Below, piece by piece: positions 62,256 through 64,000 of a stretch of 64,000 nucleotides of DNA. Each line of letters begins with the position of its first letter. Position 1 is the stretch's first letter. This stretch comes from Alphaproteobacteria bacterium (GTDB lineage: Bacteria > Pseudomonadota > Alphaproteobacteria > GCA-2731375): positions 1 to 64,000 of the forward strand of contig CBDDBZ010000037.1 in NCBI GenBank assembly GCA_965225945.1. Direction: 5' to 3'. The notes under the pieces are model-generated. The model did not search any database. It saw nothing but the letters and a program-made list of their open reading frames with translations, and had not been told where the DNA came from. The position numbers were made by a program, and so were the translations under genes.

Positions 62256-63044
62256 ATGGAACGGGTTCTCATCACCGGCGCCGCCGGCGGCATCGGCAGC
62301 GGCCTGCGCCGTACCCTCGCCGGGGTCTATCCCAAGCTGCGCCTCTCCGACATCCAGCCGATCAGCTCGCCCGGCGCGGGCGAGGAATGCATCACCGCCG
62401 ACGTCGCCGATCTCGCCCGGATGGAAGCGCTCTGCGAGGGCGTCGACGGGATCGTGCATCTCGGTGGCAACTCCGGCGAGGCCTCTTGGGAGCGAATCCT
62501 GGAGGCCAACATCGTCGGCACTCGCAATATCTTCGAGGCGGCGCGGCGCCAAGGTGTCAGTCGAGTGGTCTTCGCGACCTCGAACCACGCCGTCGGCTTC
62601 TATCGCCGCGACCAACGAATCGACCACGAGGTGCCGGTCCGGCCCGACAGCCGCTACGGCCTCTCCAAGGCGTTCGGGGAGGCGATCGGCGCGCTCTATG
62701 CCGACCGCCACGCTATCGGCGTCCTCTGCATCCGCATCGGCAACTACGGCGACGCGCCGATCGACAAGCGCCGCTTGAGCATCTGGATCAGCCCGCGTGA
62801 TCTGACACAACTGATTCGCATCGGCCTGGAGCACCCCGAGATCCACTACGAGATCGTCTACGGGGTCTCGGACAACGCGCGCTCCTGGTACGACAACCGG
62901 AACGCCCATCGCCTCGGCTACCGGCCCGAGGACCGCTCCGAGCCCCATGCCGCCGACGTCTTGGCGCGCGAGCCCGCGCACGCGCCGGGCGAGCACGGCG
63001 AAATTTACCAAGGCGGCGTCTTCGTCGTCGATCCCGAACTCTAG
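62256..63044 (+). CDS. NAD-dependent dehydrogenase, uronate dehydrogenase-like
   Basis: ITGAAGGIG, SNHAVGFY, RPDSRYGLSK, RIG, W.SPRD, YGVSDN. Confidence 0.85.
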   Translation: MERVLITGAAGGIGSGLRRTLAGVYPKLRLSDIQPISSPGAGEECITADVADLARMEALCEGVDGIVHLGGNSGEASWERILEANIVGTRNIFEAARRQGVSRVVFATSNHAVGFYRRDQRIDHEVPVRPDSRYGLSKAFGEAIGALYADRHAIGVLCIRIGNYGDAPIDKRRLSIWISPRDLTQLIRIGLEHPEIHYEIVYGVSDNARSWYDNRNAHRLGYRPEDRSEPHAADVLAREPAHAPGEHGEIYQGGVFVVDPEL

Positions 63045-63310
63045 TGGATAGAATCCAACATATGGTACCCCTACGACGGTTTCCCGAGCCCGCCGGACGC
63101 GTTGCCCGGCGCTTGTGATGCGCTAGCATCACGGCGCACCAGGCGCCTTTCCGGACGAGCTCGGGAAACCGTCGTAGGGGTACCATATCCTGGCTTCTCG
63201 GGGCGTCGGGCACCCTTGACGATGTGCCGGCATCGTCGGCGGGCGCCCTCCTGCCGAGAAACCAGGATATGGGATCGTAGGGGTACCATATGTTGGATTC
63301 TATCCACTAG
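63041..63310. mobile_element. 270-bp MITE-like element with 36-bp perfect TIRs and nested hairpins
   Basis: CTAGTGGATAGAATCCAACATATGGTACCCCTACGA and its reverse complement (63275-63310); internal arm copy 63159-63188. Confidence 0.85.
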
Positions 63311-63323
63311 GCGGACTCGAGCC

Positions 63324-64000
63324 ATGAACGAGGGCAGACCCAGGGTGTCGGTGCCGCCGGGCGCCTGCGATACCCACATGCACATTTATGCCGAGGAAGG
63401 GCGCTATCCCCTCTCTCCGGCGGCCGTGGGGGCCAAACCGGTCGGGGACGTGCCCGATTATCTCCGGATCCAGGCCCGCCTCGGCCTCGCCCGCACGGTG
63501 GTGGTACAGCCGACCCACTACGGCACTGACAATCGCTGCACCACGGCGGCGATCGCGGCGCTGGGGAGCGCCCGCGGCGTCGCGGTGATCGATCGCGCGA
63601 CGACGGACGACGACCTCGCGGCATTGACGGCGGCCGGCATCCGGGGCGTCCGCTTCCAGATGGTGCCGGGCGGCAATACGCCCTGGGAGGAGACCGACCG
63701 CCTGGCGGCGCGCGGCCACGAGCACGGCTGGCACGCGCAATTGCAGCTCGACGGGGGCGAACTGCCCGATCGCCTGGCGCAAATCCGCCGCTGGCCGGGC
63801 GATTTGGTGATCGATCACATCGGCCGCTTCTTCGAGCCCGTCGGCACCGACGACCCGGCCTTCCGCGTCCTCCTGGATCTGGTGGAGGGTGGGCGCTGCT
63901 GGGTCAAGCTCTCGGCCCCCTATATCCATTCCGAGGCCAGCCTGCCCGGTTTCGACGACGTCGCCCCCCTGGCGCGGGCGCTGGTCGAGGCGGCGCCCGA
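63324..64000 (+). CDS. Amidohydrolase family lactonase/isomerase (LigI-like), runs off the window
   Basis: GACDTHMHIY, VVVQP..YGTDN, GIRGVRF, VIDHIGR, WVKLSAPY. Confidence 0.85.
   Translation, partial: MNEGRPRVSVPPGACDTHMHIYAEEGRYPLSPAAVGAKPVGDVPDYLRIQARLGLARTVVVQPTHYGTDNRCTTAAIAALGSARGVAVIDRATTDDDLAALTAAGIRGVRFQMVPGGNTPWEETDRLAARGHEHGWHAQLQLDGGELPDRLAQIRRWPGDLVIDHIGRFFEPVGTDDPAFRVLLDLVEGGRCWVKLSAPYIHSEASLPGFDDVAPLARALVEAAP

Overview
GC-rich bacterial DNA with an alphaproteobacterial-like gene repertoire (inference), heavily invaded by mobile elements and full of gene remnants. Intact host genes include: an oxalate operon (oxc, frc, oxalate-CoA ligase, ketopantoate-reductase-like, alpha/beta hydrolase), tctABC, two convergent hydantoinase/oxoprolinase A/B sets (one broken) with SDR, class III aminotransferase and DapA-like genes, a MshEN-AAA ATPase, an orphan Flp pilin and a Udh-like/amidohydrolase pair. 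Several adenylate cyclase-TPR and STAND-TPR signalling genes and a PAS-GGDEF-EAL gene are present, most of them disrupted. Elements with junctions read from the sequence: IS4 (11238-12460), a 4.1 kb four-gene IS21-like element (14653-18791), IS1595 (20431-21532), IS5 (34059-37118) with a nested IS256 (35353-36768), and a tyrosine recombinase + IS91-like element (56640-59250). There are also a RAYT locus, two three-armed MITE-like elements and an IS3 remnant. The best candidates for novel biology are (1) the RAYT locus, whose repeats bracket an exact 86-bp copy of the RAYT gene itself and a whole cargo-like gene, (2) the IS21 element carrying a Zn-finger ORF, a primase-like Toprim ORF and a DnaA-box-like hairpin, and (3) the recombinase + IS91 element ending in an attC-like hairpin at G|TTRRRY. 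No rRNA, tRNA, CRISPR array or reverse transcriptase was seen.
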